Shown one piece after another: positions 41,345-53,900 of a DNA stretch of 64,000 nt. The notes beneath the pieces were generated by a model. The model made no database searches. It worked only from the letters and a program-made list of their open reading frames with translations, and had not been told where the DNA came from. The position numbers were made by a program, and so were the translations under genes. The stretch is from the human T2T-CHM13v2.0 reference genome, Homo sapiens, in NCBI RefSeq assembly GCF_009914755.1, contig NC_060926.1. One strand, written 5' to 3'. Within the stretch, counting starts at the first letter, position 1; the number at the start of each line of letters is the position of its first letter.

Positions 41345-41880
41345 GAGAGAGTGATAAATGGTCAAAATGGTCAAAGGGCATAAATTAGGCTCACAAAATA
41401 GGATATCTGAATGTTTATTAAATATAAAATGTTAAAATTTGATTATGAAAGAAATACACATTTTAAAAAACAATGAGATGCCATTGGGGGCCTATTACTT
41501 TCAGAGATTAAAAAGATTGAAAAGAGCTCTGTGCAGGTAACAAGATATGGGCCTTCTCAAGTATTGTTGCTAAGTGTGCAAATTGTTTTAATAATCCTGG
41601 TGGGTAATTATTAACTTTAACAAGGTGCCAAACCCTTGAGCCAGTATTAGTCTCAGAAATATCCATGACAATTTTGTTTGCAATAGTAAGAAATTGAAAA
41701 TAGCCTAAACAGCAAAAGGAGAGTTGAATAAATAAATTTCACTGTGGAATTAGAAAATGAAATACTATGTTGTTAATAACGAAGGTGTTGTAGAAAACTA
41801 ACATCATGGTAACATTGGTACTATATTTTCAAGAGAGATAAAGCAGATTGTTAGGTAATGAGTAGTTTGTGAACCAATAA
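41345..41880 (+). mobile_element. Old L1ME-like 3' fragment
   Basis: aaacaatgagatgcca...ttgttgctaagtgtgcaaattg...ttgtttgcaatagtaagaaattgaaaatagcctaaa...gttgaataaataaa. Confidence 0.6.
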
Positions 41881-42393
41881 TGCAAAGAGATTCTATTTTG
41901 CCTCCCCAACCCCACAGCTCAGGTTTTTCTTCTCCTTTGGGCAACTGCTTAAATTCAGAGGCAGCTACCAAAAGGAAACGTCTCTCTACCCCCTACTGTT
42001 TCTTCTGTGCAAAAGAATGTAAAATATGAGGCTTCTCTTTCGCATGTAGGCCTGAGAAGTTTTGACAAGAATGTGTATGCAGGGAGAAATGACTGGTGAA
42101 AGAATTTAGAAAGAATGTATGGGGACAAAAAGGAATCACATGAGCTGATTTAAATTCTTCTTGTGACAAGGGGTGTGTGCAAACATGAAGGAACTAGGGT
42201 TTTGTTTGTAAATGTTTATCGGTTTGGGAGAGGCAAAGATCACAGACTGTGATATTCTTGGGATAAACAGCTCAATATGTTGGTCCCAAGCGACACCATG
42301 TGGAATTGAGAAGAGGGCCATTCTCATCTAAACACCCATCGGAGCCCAGGTTTGGCGTTCTGAAGATCAGGGACTTCCATTTGTTTATAAGCT

Positions 42394-43185
42394 CATTTGA
42401 TTGACAAGTATTTATTGAGCAACTACTTTATGATAGTCCCTGTTTTTGCTGTTGGTAATGTAAAAATGAAAAAGACACGTTTTTCTGTTCTTAAGGCAGT
42501 TACCGAGTTAAAAAAAAATAGTATGTAATCATCTTATATGGTACATGTATATTTATATAAAAATATGTTATAATGATAGTATATCTTAAATATCATAGTA
42601 TGTTATACTATAAGAAAGAGTATAATACATTCAGTAATGAAAAATGCTGTAAAGAAAAATAAATCCAAGAGGGAATGGTGTGGTAGTGAAAGAACGCATC
42701 TAGCTGGGGTCGTCTACCTAATACAGAGAAATGTTAACTGAGATTTGAAGGAAGAGATAGCGTGAACCCTGCTCATACCTGGAGGAAAGCACGCTTGAGG
42801 GGAGAGCACTTGGCAGCTGGAGGAAATGCAGAAAGGCCTGGTGCTAGGGAGCACAATGTGGCTAGGGGAGAGCAGCACCAGACCAGTCAGTGGCCTGGTC
42901 CCAGGCGGAGGCATGGCTGGAAGGCCCTTCTATTCCCAGTAAAAGAACTAGGACATGATATCACTTAGGTTAAAAAATAAAATACAGTTATTCTGGCTGA
43001 TTGGTGGTGAATAGAAGCAGGGAGACTGGCTAAGCTGCTATTGTTACAGTCCCAAGGTGGTAGTATATTGCACTAAAGCAATCAGAATTGACTTATAGGT
43101 TGCATTTGTGTCATGAAAGAGAGATGTCAATGATGACAGCATAGGTATTGACCTGGACCATCAGAAGAACAAAACATTGAGAGAA
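42394..43185 (-). mobile_element. L2 (L2a-like)
   Basis: tcatttgattgacaagtatttattgagcaactac 3' terminus; agaagcagggagactggctaagctgctattg internal motif. Confidence 0.8.
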
Positions 43186-44223
43186 CACCCATGACCTAGT
43201 CACAGGCATTTCATGAAGAACTGTATCCCCATAGTGACTCTGAAACTCCCTAAATTGGACTTCAGACTCCAAGACATCCAATCAGAACCTAAGTAAAAGA
43301 AAAAAAATATGGCAGATGCATAATGATGATTTTTGATGATAGACTGATTTGTGAACTGTCATGAGGAACCTCCTTGAGGCTTTTAAAAACTGAGTTTTTG
43401 GAAGAGGGTGCTAAGTTCCAGCAATCTAGTACATAGATGGATAAATGGATTGATAGCTGAAAGGGAGAAAGATTATATAGAAAGAGGCAGAGAGAAATTG
43501 TGTGTGTGCATGAGTGGAGTCTCAAGAGAATATCAAAGTAAATATTTAATACAAGTCCCCATACACCTACTATGTACCCCAAAATTAAAAATTTTAAAAA
43601 TTTTAGAAATAAATATAATTTTAAATTGAGGACTACCAAAAAAAGTGATGGTATCTGGTGTCTGAAAAATAGTAATTAGTTGGGATTCCTAAACTAAATG
43701 CCATTCTTGGTCATCAATCAAAAGATAAGGAGAATGAAAATTTGAAGGAAAGGAGAGGGATGTTCTCTACAGAAACACTTAAAAATGGAATTACCTATGG
43801 GTAAAAGCTTTATGATTATAGGAAACCATATTTCTTCACTAGTTGTAAGTTAGAGTTTTAAACAGCACAACACTATTTAAGACCATGCGTGTTTACTTTT
43901 TCTCTCTTTGGAGGAAATTGCAACAAAACAAAATATTCCTTCTTCATAAACTCTGAGATTTTGTGATATTTTACAGAAGGCTATGAGAATTGGTTGAGTG
44001 AAAATATACTATTCAGAGATTTTAAAGTCTCAAAAATGATTGTTCCTTTGGGAAAAGTACCTCCTAAATGAACCACCACTTAAGTGAAAACAGAAAATGC
44101 CATTGTTAACATTCTAACAGACTCACTCCTCTAGACATGTGCTCAAGTGTTGTTCGCACATACTCAGCAAGCTCTCTGTGGCCATGTACCTGCCTTGTTT
44201 CCTCCCTTGGCATGTGCTTGAGC

Positions 44224-44230
44224 TATAAAG
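44224..44230 (+). promoter_or_regulatory. TATA-box-like TATAAAG upstream of candidate exon 1
   Basis: gcTATAAAGt 35 nt upstream of ATG 44259; TGCGCA palindrome at 44263-44268. Motif only. Confidence 0.25.
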
Positions 44231-44258
44231 TCATCATTTAAAATTAAAAACCCTGGGT

Positions 44259-44298
44259 ATGATGCGCATAATAGCTTCTTTGTTTCTAGGCTTACCAG
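44259..44298 (+). CDS. Candidate coding exon 1 of a putative 52-aa microprotein (MMRIIASLFLGLP + phase-1 G)
   Basis: ATG ATG CGC ATA ATA GCT TCT TTG TTT CTA GGC TTA CCA G|gtgagt; consensus donor; in-frame TAA at 44226 upstream; no recognisable repeat. Confidence 0.3.
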
Positions 44299-44612
44299 GT
44301 GAGTGAAAGTAGAACTTCTAAGAGTAAAACCAAAGCATAATATTGATTACTTCGTATGCAAACTTTTTTTAATTTTAAGCAAAATCTACATGGTTTGTCA
44401 GGGAAAGTATTACAGACTTTGATGACCTATGGGTAGAAGATCAATCAGAGACAAGGATATTTAAATGACAGCAAACCAATAGTGGGTAGGTTTTTTTGTT
44501 TTCTCAGTGAGGAGTAATGGAGACAGGAGCAAAGATAAAAGAAAAAAGAAGACAATGTCTTAAATTTTAAAATGAGACCTTGGACTTGCAGTCACACGAT
44601 ACTATTTCCCTT

Positions 44613-45548
<936 letters not shown>

Positions 45549-46064
45549 CCTCTCCTTATAGTATAATCTCATATAATTTGGAAAGTGTTATAATATTCCT
45601 TAATTTTAGAAAAATTTAAAGGTGGGAAAAAAAGGTGTGGCATAATAAAATAAAACGATTATCTTCCATTTTAAGGACTGTCTTACTCTGGTAGTCCATA
45701 TTGAAATAAGAATAAATATAATTATTGGTAAATTTGATTGCCTAGTCAATAACACGTTTACTTTATGAGAAATATAAATAATATGAAATACAAAATGAAA
45801 TATATAAACATGGCATATTTTGTTACATATAGAAATGTAAAGATTTTTTTGTAAAGTAATTGTGACCTCCCAACTTTCTGTTTTCCCTCATTCAAAACAT
45901 TCTGGGCCTACATAGCAAAAGGCTTTAAAATGTCTTCTATTAAAATGTTATCGAAATGTTCTGTGATTAAAGTAGCATCTCAAGTGTGTTCTAATTGAAC
46001 TGCATCTGTGAATTCTGCAATTTGGCTCCTATGAACCTTGACAACATGTAAAAGCTTGCATAGA

Positions 46065-46295
46065 AATTATATTTATTGAGCTTTTAGTCTGTGCTAGAAA
46101 ATATTTTAAACACTTATTACCTATTAATTCATTTAAATCTCCAAATGGCTCTAGGAAATGAATAGTAGTATTATTTCAATTTAACAAATAAGTTATCTAA
46201 AGCAAAGACCTTGCCCAAGCTCAGAAGCCAACGAGAAGTAGAGCTGGGATTCAAATCCACACAGCTAGCTTTATTGAGTGTTTTAATCACTATAA
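46065..46295 (-). mobile_element. MIR
   Basis: atatttattgagc...ttcatttaaatctc...gaccttgcccaagctc...gtagagctgggattcaaatccac. Confidence 0.75.
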
Positions 46296-46980
46296 TACAC
46301 TGTATGAGCTGCCTGAGTATTCTTAAAAGTAACAGTGGAGTTAAAATCACTTTATTTAATCTCTCTCTTTCTATGACTTATTCTTCTGCATTTAAAATCT
46401 CTGAGGAACAAAATTTTTACTTTGTCACTGTGACTTAAAATCCTTCCAATCACAGATAGAAAATGTAAACTGGGGAAATAAAATATGGAGTGCATTTTGT
46501 ATTAACTGTCCTAGTATTAAGACAGACTAGAACACATTTTGATCATCTGTAATTGGAGCCAATTGACTTGGATCTTGCACTGAAATCCTGCTGAGCATCA
46601 CAGACACACTTAGCCTAAATATTATTACTTAGATTTAATTTCTCCAAATTATGGCTTTTATGGGCCTTAAAAGCCCCATAAACAAGTGTCAATGATTGTA
46701 GACACATACAATTTCTGTTGACATACACAACAAAATGTGTGGGTCACTGTACAAAGCTCAAAGTAAAAGTTGACTTTTATTACCTCTGTACTAATAACAG
46801 TTACCATTAGTAGACCATGCCTATAGAAGGACAGTTATTAAATGGATGAGCTTTAGAAAAAATTAAATCAAATTTAATTCTATCAGTTCTAGATAACAAA
46901 GCATGGGCCAGATAGCATAACTGTCAGCATCAATGTGGGCCTTTAAGTAGGTACTAAATTACATGTCATTTCTCCTTCAG

Positions 46981-47099
46981 AGAAAACAGAAGAAAAGTTG
47001 CAACAGAGTGAAAAATCAGGAAAACCTCATCGAGATAGATATTCTGCCAGAGACAAAACGAAACCTCATCGAGATAGATATTCTGCCAGAGAAAAATGA
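46981..47099 (+). CDS. Candidate terminal coding exon 2 of the putative microprotein ((E)KTEEKLQQSEKSGKPHRDRYSARDKTKPHRDRYSAREK*)
   Basis: Branch-like tactaaat (46952-46959), acceptor catttctccttcag| at 46980, open in phase 1 to TGA 47097-47099, AATAAA at 47226-47231. Confidence 0.3.
47022..47099 (+). repeat. 39-bp tandem duplication (2 copies)
   Basis: aaacctcatcgagatagatattctgccagaga (32 bp identical) at 47022 and 47061. Confidence 0.97.
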
Positions 47100-48335
47100 G
47101 ACATCAGATATGTGTGATCACAGGTCATAGACTCAGTGAAGGTGAACAATTCTCAGACTTGGGAATTTTGAGACCAGCAGGCAGGTCCTATATCAGCACA
47201 TTGGCTGTAGCCATTGGTCACAGGGAATAAAGCAAGCATGAGGGTTTCCCGAGTCCAGAGACTCTTGTAATTGCTCTAGAGCTATGTGCTTCATAGGGTG
47301 AGTGTGACATCTGAGAGATGTCAGGTATGGTGACAACAAATTTAGTGGAAGCCTTAGCACAAGGTCATACTGTTTTAGAAGAAGCCTAATCTTAATCCTC
47401 TTTAAACTAGCAGTTTGGGTTTCTGGTGAGTTATTTAGCTTGGGCAGAAAACCAGATCCAAACATCTAAGAACTTTTCCTTCTGGTTCAAAGAACTTTTG
47501 GATAAAATCACCCTCTAACAACCTCTTCTGAGGTAGGAATTTCCTTTTTTCTCTATCTTGTGGCTTCAGCCATCTTGCCGTGTGCCTTCTTCTAGGGCTC
47601 CAGAACTTTTTTATCCAAGTCTTAGCCTACTCACGATTGAAGAGTAAATAGGAGTTGAAACTTGTCTGTTACAAATTCAGCTTATACTGGTCTCCTGGAA
47701 GCTGGAGGCTCCTTTGGGAACATAAGTGGGTAGAATGCATATATTTCACTTTGTGCCTTTTATTTTCGGAGTTTAAAAAAAAATCCCTTACTTTTTATAC
47801 TGCCTCATACTAGCCTCTCTAAGATAACTTAAACCATTTTCTTTACCCTTTTATTGAAGCCAATGGGGCATTGCAAATTATCATTGTACTACTGAGTCAG
47901 TAATAGCCATAGAGTTTTTTAAAAGCATTATTAAAGGAACTAATCTGAATGCACATCAACTACTTTTCTCATTTGAATAATAGAGCCACGTAATTTTTCA
48001 AACTGTATTAAAAATGCCCAGTTTAAATTTCAGAATATAGTTCCATTTGTGAGGCTCTAATGTGGGTTTTTTTTGGTTTTGTTTTGTTTTGTTTTTGCAG
48101 CAAGGGAGCGAGGGTTTGTTAATTTTTGTTTTTATGATGTTTCCAAAATAAATTACACAAGCGAATGATTAATAAATTCCAAATCAAGCTTTTAAATCTA
48201 TGTGCTGATAAAACTGTCTTAAAATTTATATCTCAAAGACTATAGTGTTCTATGAAATCTATCCAGAATAGAGGAAACATAATCTCTTTTCTCCATTACT
48301 CCAACAATGTCCAAACAGAAGAAGGCAGTAATAAC

Positions 48336-48645
<310 letters not shown>

Positions 48646-51600
48646 TTAAGCTCAATTTAGATGAGTGACATTATGCTGTGTGCTATAAATATCTAATCTT
48701 CCAAACAACCCTGAAATGAAGTTATTACTATTTGTACTTTTCCCTACTTTGTATTCATCTGCTTATCATCACTACATATCCTCTGTTCTGGAGACACCAG
48801 GTTGATAGTGAATGTTTTCAGCCTTCCTCATGATATGACCAGAATATAAATCTGGTAATCACTAATCAAATGTATTTTATAAGTTAAAACTTGCTAGATA
48901 GAAAACCCAATAAAAAGCTATTTGTAATGTTCAGTAATGACATAATGAGATGTAAACCTCTGGGAGGGAGAAGAAAAGAAATAAATGTTTGGCCAAAGAA
49001 TTATAGAGGCAGCAGTACCTGGACATGAGGGGCTTGTGAAAAAGAGAAGTCTTGATGAATCGACTTTTTTATGAATGGTGATAATGTTAACAGAAATCGT
49101 GTAGAGAGAAGATGATGGTGAATCTCTCTAGACATATTGGTTTAACGTTCTATGAAACATGCAGGTGGAAACGCCTGACTTTTTTTGGGGTAGAGGGGTG
49201 AAATGAAAGCACTGTGGGACCCCTAAAGGAGGATCAGGGAAGAAAAAAGGGACGAACAAAAAAGAGGGAGGAGAGAGCAGATGTAAAGGAGAGGAAAGTT
49301 TATGTCTCCTACTTTATAATGCACAAGTAAAAGTTTTTCACCTTTTTGGTACCATCATATAATCTGTTGTTCAAAAAGAAAAAAAGTGATGAGACTTTAC
49401 ACTCACCAAATAGGATGCTCTTTTCAACAAATCAAGCAAACAAACAAAACTTGTGTCTGACAACCACAGCCAAGAGAAGCAGAGGCCACTACCCATCACT
49501 AACTTTAATTACTTCTAGGATAGCCTAAAAAGAAAAAAAGAAGAAAGGAAGAGACAGGGAGAGAAAGGAAGGAAGGAAGTTAGATAGTTGGCAGATTAGA
49601 TCTGTTGGTTATTGTGGAAGTAACGATAGGGCTTAGAAAAAAGCACATCATTTTCATACTTTTTCTGATATGTGTATCTAATTTTTTAGTATATGAAAAT
49701 TTATTTTCTCATGTTTTCTACTAATTGATATTCATTATGATACAGAAATAGGCAAGGCTACTTGATTACAATCAAAAATCAATTTTTTTCAGTTTTGAAA
49801 TAGTTTCCTGTTCTTTTTTCAACTAAAAACTATTTTAAACTCTTCACTTATACAGTACTAGTAAGGTAAGTTCCCTTGATTGCTGCCTAGAAGTTTCCCA
49901 CCGAGAAGTATAAACATATGCTTCTACTTAAAATAGAAGCAGCCCTATCTTCACCTCCTTCATTTTTCTTAAGATCTTTTACCATTAGAAATGTCCTTGG
50001 AATCAGAAATTTTAGCAGAACAGTATTGTACTTTCCCATTGAAAAAAAAAAGATTTTTATTGCTTTCCTTTAATTACCAGCTTCTGGAACGATTTTGAAC
50101 ATCCCTCTGAAATATTAAAAATTTGAGATTGTTGAACAACTATGAATATTCACCAAGCAGTCATTCGACCCCTTTGCACATTCCTAAGCAGAATATGATA
50201 AAGATCAGTCAATCCAATTCTGCAATTCCTTGTTTGAATTTTCAGATATAAGTTTAAGATTGATTTAGTCATAGCTTTCTTCTCACCTGAGATGGACTTT
50301 GGTAAATTCAATAGAAGAATGTAAGTATTCCTGTTTACTTATTTAATTTTTTTTGCCTTGAGTTTTTCTAATTGGCATGTATACCCCCTTTTAAAATTTC
50401 CCTCAACCTGACAATCAATTGCTATAGGACCAAGCCGGTGCAGTATGCTTCTCTTGCTGTTTAGCACAATACCTATATACAGTAGGAGCTTGATTGGTGC
50501 TCATGAAAGAAGGAAAGGAGAAGCAGGCATGCAGCTTGTTCTTAAGGAATTAGATTGAATTGGATTAACAAGTAGGCTGGAAGTAAATACCAAACAGTAA
50601 CAACAAACGTTCCAAAGCTAAAAATATTTTATGACCAGCAAATAATTACAGCCTGAAAAATTATCTTTATTGCCATTTTTGCTATGATTGGTATCTTTAA
50701 AAGCCACGCTTATTAGCATGCAGGTTTACAATTATGCTCTGAGCCTGGTAATGCCCTGCCATTTTTACCTCTAGGGATTTATGTCTGATTCTTGCTCCAT
50801 TAGTAAGCGTCTGTAGGACAGAATGACAGAGCCATTCGTGCTTTGCCAGCACATGATAATGATGATATTATTATTTTCACAGTCAGTTTGGTGATGGTTG
50901 TTTGAACCTCATCATGTCTAATAGAGGAAAAAATGAAAAAACTAATATTTGAAACAGTGTATTGTGTTTAGCATCATTATTGCCACTTTTATGGCAAGTG
51001 CTTTGACATTTAAGTGAGTTCCATTTACAATATCGCCACCATAATCTCCTCATTTTGTAATTGCTTCTGGATACCTATAAGGTTTAACTGCTGGTATTAC
51101 TCTTCAATAAAAAAAAAAAGAACTCATGCATTAGATTTATGGAAAGTTATCCTGGGGATTTTAGATTGTTATTTTAATGTTAGCAGAGCTCAATACAGCA
51201 TAGGTCCTATTGTTAGTTGCTGTAGCCTGCATGAGTTATGTGGATTTCTTGGGCTGTACAGACATTGAGGCCAGTTGTGCTATGGGGGTAGCAACTCCCA
51301 TCTTGGGATTGTAGAATAAATGTATAATAAGGTATTCTGAAGTGAGCAGCTTATTTGGCTGCTCCTCAGAGACCCTCTGACTCTGGGATGGATACAGGAT
51401 GTCTGCCCCAGCACGCTTGTTTTCCTCGTCCCAACGCCTGACAGACAGCACCACTCAAGTGTGGGATTTTCACTAGTTGGCGTGATGTCAGCCAACTGGG
51501 GAATACATCTGAGAGGGCAGCATACTGAGACACTACTGCCTGACAGGTTTGTTTTCACGTGATGGATTGGTCAGGGGATCAACAAGGCAGAGATCAGATA

Positions 51601-53208
51601 TGGTCTAAACATCCAGCTGTAGGATTTGGTGTTTAGGAAGAGGGGAAATTGCTTCTGTTTGGCCCATAGATTGGAACCCACTATAGAGATGGATTTTTGT
51701 TTTTTTCCCTTTCATGAACATTCTTTAATTAACATTATAATGGCTTCTGAGTAGCCTTGCCAAGCTTAGATCTTTTTTTCCAACTGAAATCATTCTGCTT
51801 CACCTTCTGTACCAAAAGCAAAGAAATATTTCCAAACCTCCACAGTGCAGTTTGGTCCTCCTGGAGATTTCTTCTTCATCTTTTGAATCTATCAATATTC
51901 CCCATGTCTAATGGAAGTATTACTATAACTTACAGAAAGCTGAGTTAGCTGTTACTTACTTTTTATTCAGACCACAAAACGTGAGTTCTGAGGACACCAA
52001 AAAGTAGGTGCTGAAGGCAGAAATCTGAATAGGTCAGATTTTTCTTCCTTTCATGATTATGCAGTGAGTCCTATAGAAAGAATTTTTCCTTGCAGTCTGG
52101 CTTCCCTCTATATGACAATCTGTCCACCAAATTCTGGATATAGGAATATTATGAATCATACAAGTTATGTAAATACATCTTTGCACCAAATGTTGAAAAA
52201 CTAGATTTAACAAACAAATAGGAGAGGTATGTGATATGATTAAGCAAAAGAGTGTTCCTAAGTAAATAAAAATCAAGTAATTTTTGTTTAAAACAGAATA
52301 ACCTATGCTACTGGGGAGCCTATACCATGATGAGTTTCAGTAAATCTAACTCCACATTCATTTACCTAACTTGTGCATTCTGTTGATTTCATCAAAAGCC
52401 ATCTAGCAAGAGAAATAAGGTTGCCTGTTAGCACTTACTAATCTAACAATCTGGGGTTTTAAAAAGTTATTCCTGCTTCTCAGTTAATACTTCAAGATTT
52501 ATAAGTATAATGGCTTTGATAATCCAGTCAATAATTCACATGTAGATAACAGTATAAAAAATTCTGCAACTACCCATTGAGACAAGAAATCTTCACATTT
52601 CAATAAATAACCAAGAAAAAACCCTGCAGCTTTCAGCTGCCAGCTTAGAGGAAGTTTCTGTTGAGGTTCTGAGGCCCTCAGACTACTCTCTCCTCTGTCT
52701 GTCCATTTCTATAGCAGCTTTGTTATGTTTTATGATGACAGTCTCACCCCCTTGAGACCAGCCATAAGAAAGGTACAATAGCAGCATTATTTGTATTGTT
52801 TGGTTTTGTATGAGATGCACATTGGGAAACCACTACTTCATGGAATAGCATTTGCAGGAGGTCTCCAGGGGGCAGCTCTTACCAATCTCGCTGGCTCAAC
52901 CCAAGGTTGAATGACAATAAAGAATGGGAAAAATTAAAAGAAAAGGTACTTTAATTGAACCTGTATTTGTGGAAATGTGATACAGACCTAGAAAACACCT
53001 TTCTTAGTTCCTGGAATGAGAAAGACGGCTTCTCCAGGGACCTTGTACAGTGACAGCTGAATCTTTGCTGGCTAAAACAAATGCCCTCCATTAGCTAAAG
53101 ATGTACTTCAAAAATACTTCTTTGAGAAAATGCTCATTCTCCCATTGACAAATAAAACAGAATAAGATAAAATAAAATAACAAAATAAAACAGACGAGAC
53201 CAAAAACA

Positions 53209-53401
53209 AGAGATGGCAAACTTTCTCAGTCAAGGGCTTTGCAGGGCATATGGTCTCTGTGGCAACTACTCAGCACTGCCATTATAGTGTGAAAGGAGTC
53301 ATGGAAAATAACATAATCAAATGTGCGTAGCTGTGTCCCAATAAAACCTTTTTTATAAAAGGAAGCTGAGTTTGGCCCAGGGAGCTGTATGCTGATCACT
53401 G
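53209..53401 (-). mobile_element. MER58A (hAT-Charlie)
   Basis: ggcaaactttc...ggctttgcagggcatatggtctctgtggcaactactcagcactgccattatagtgtgaaa...gctgtgtcccaataaaac...tttggccc. Confidence 0.85.
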
Positions 53402-53684
53402 ATCTAAAGTATTTTGCAGTCTAGCTGCTTACTATAAAGTTGGAGAAAAGTCTGGAATAATGAAGTCGTTATCCAGCATGTCTAAAATTCAGATCTTTTA
53501 ACATTCAGTTCTCTTGCTCTACAGTGCCACTGTCACAATGCTCTCATGCCAAACCTTGACTGCAAAGCTGAGATGTTAATATGGAACACCTGAGAGGGCT
53601 GGCACTTCAGCGTCCTTATTCCTCCAGAACCACACCACAAAAGTCACCTTCTCCCCAGACAGATTCTCTACAAAATGCCTTGCA

Positions 53685-53900
53685 GCCGAGGTGTGGTGGA
53701 AAGAATATTGTATTTGGAATAAAAAATTTTTGATTTTGCACCATCATGGTCTCATTCATGAGCTACGTGTACCTGGGCAAGACAGGCTGTTCATGGCTTT
53801 TCTTTTTCTTACTTCTAAGAGTCAATATTTAACTCCGTAGGAGACTTGTTAAGCTCAAGTGAGAAAATTTACCTAAATATCCTTTAGTGATGACAAAGGA
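53685..53900 (+). mobile_element. MIR (diverged)
   Basis: ggtgtggtggaaagaatattgtatttggaat...gagctacgtgtacctgggcaagac. Confidence 0.55.

Noticed and set aside
47022-47099. CRISPR-like repeat-spacer appearance (32-bp direct repeat)
   Set aside because: Only two copies with a 7-nt gap, in primate DNA with no cas genes; a simple tandem duplication.
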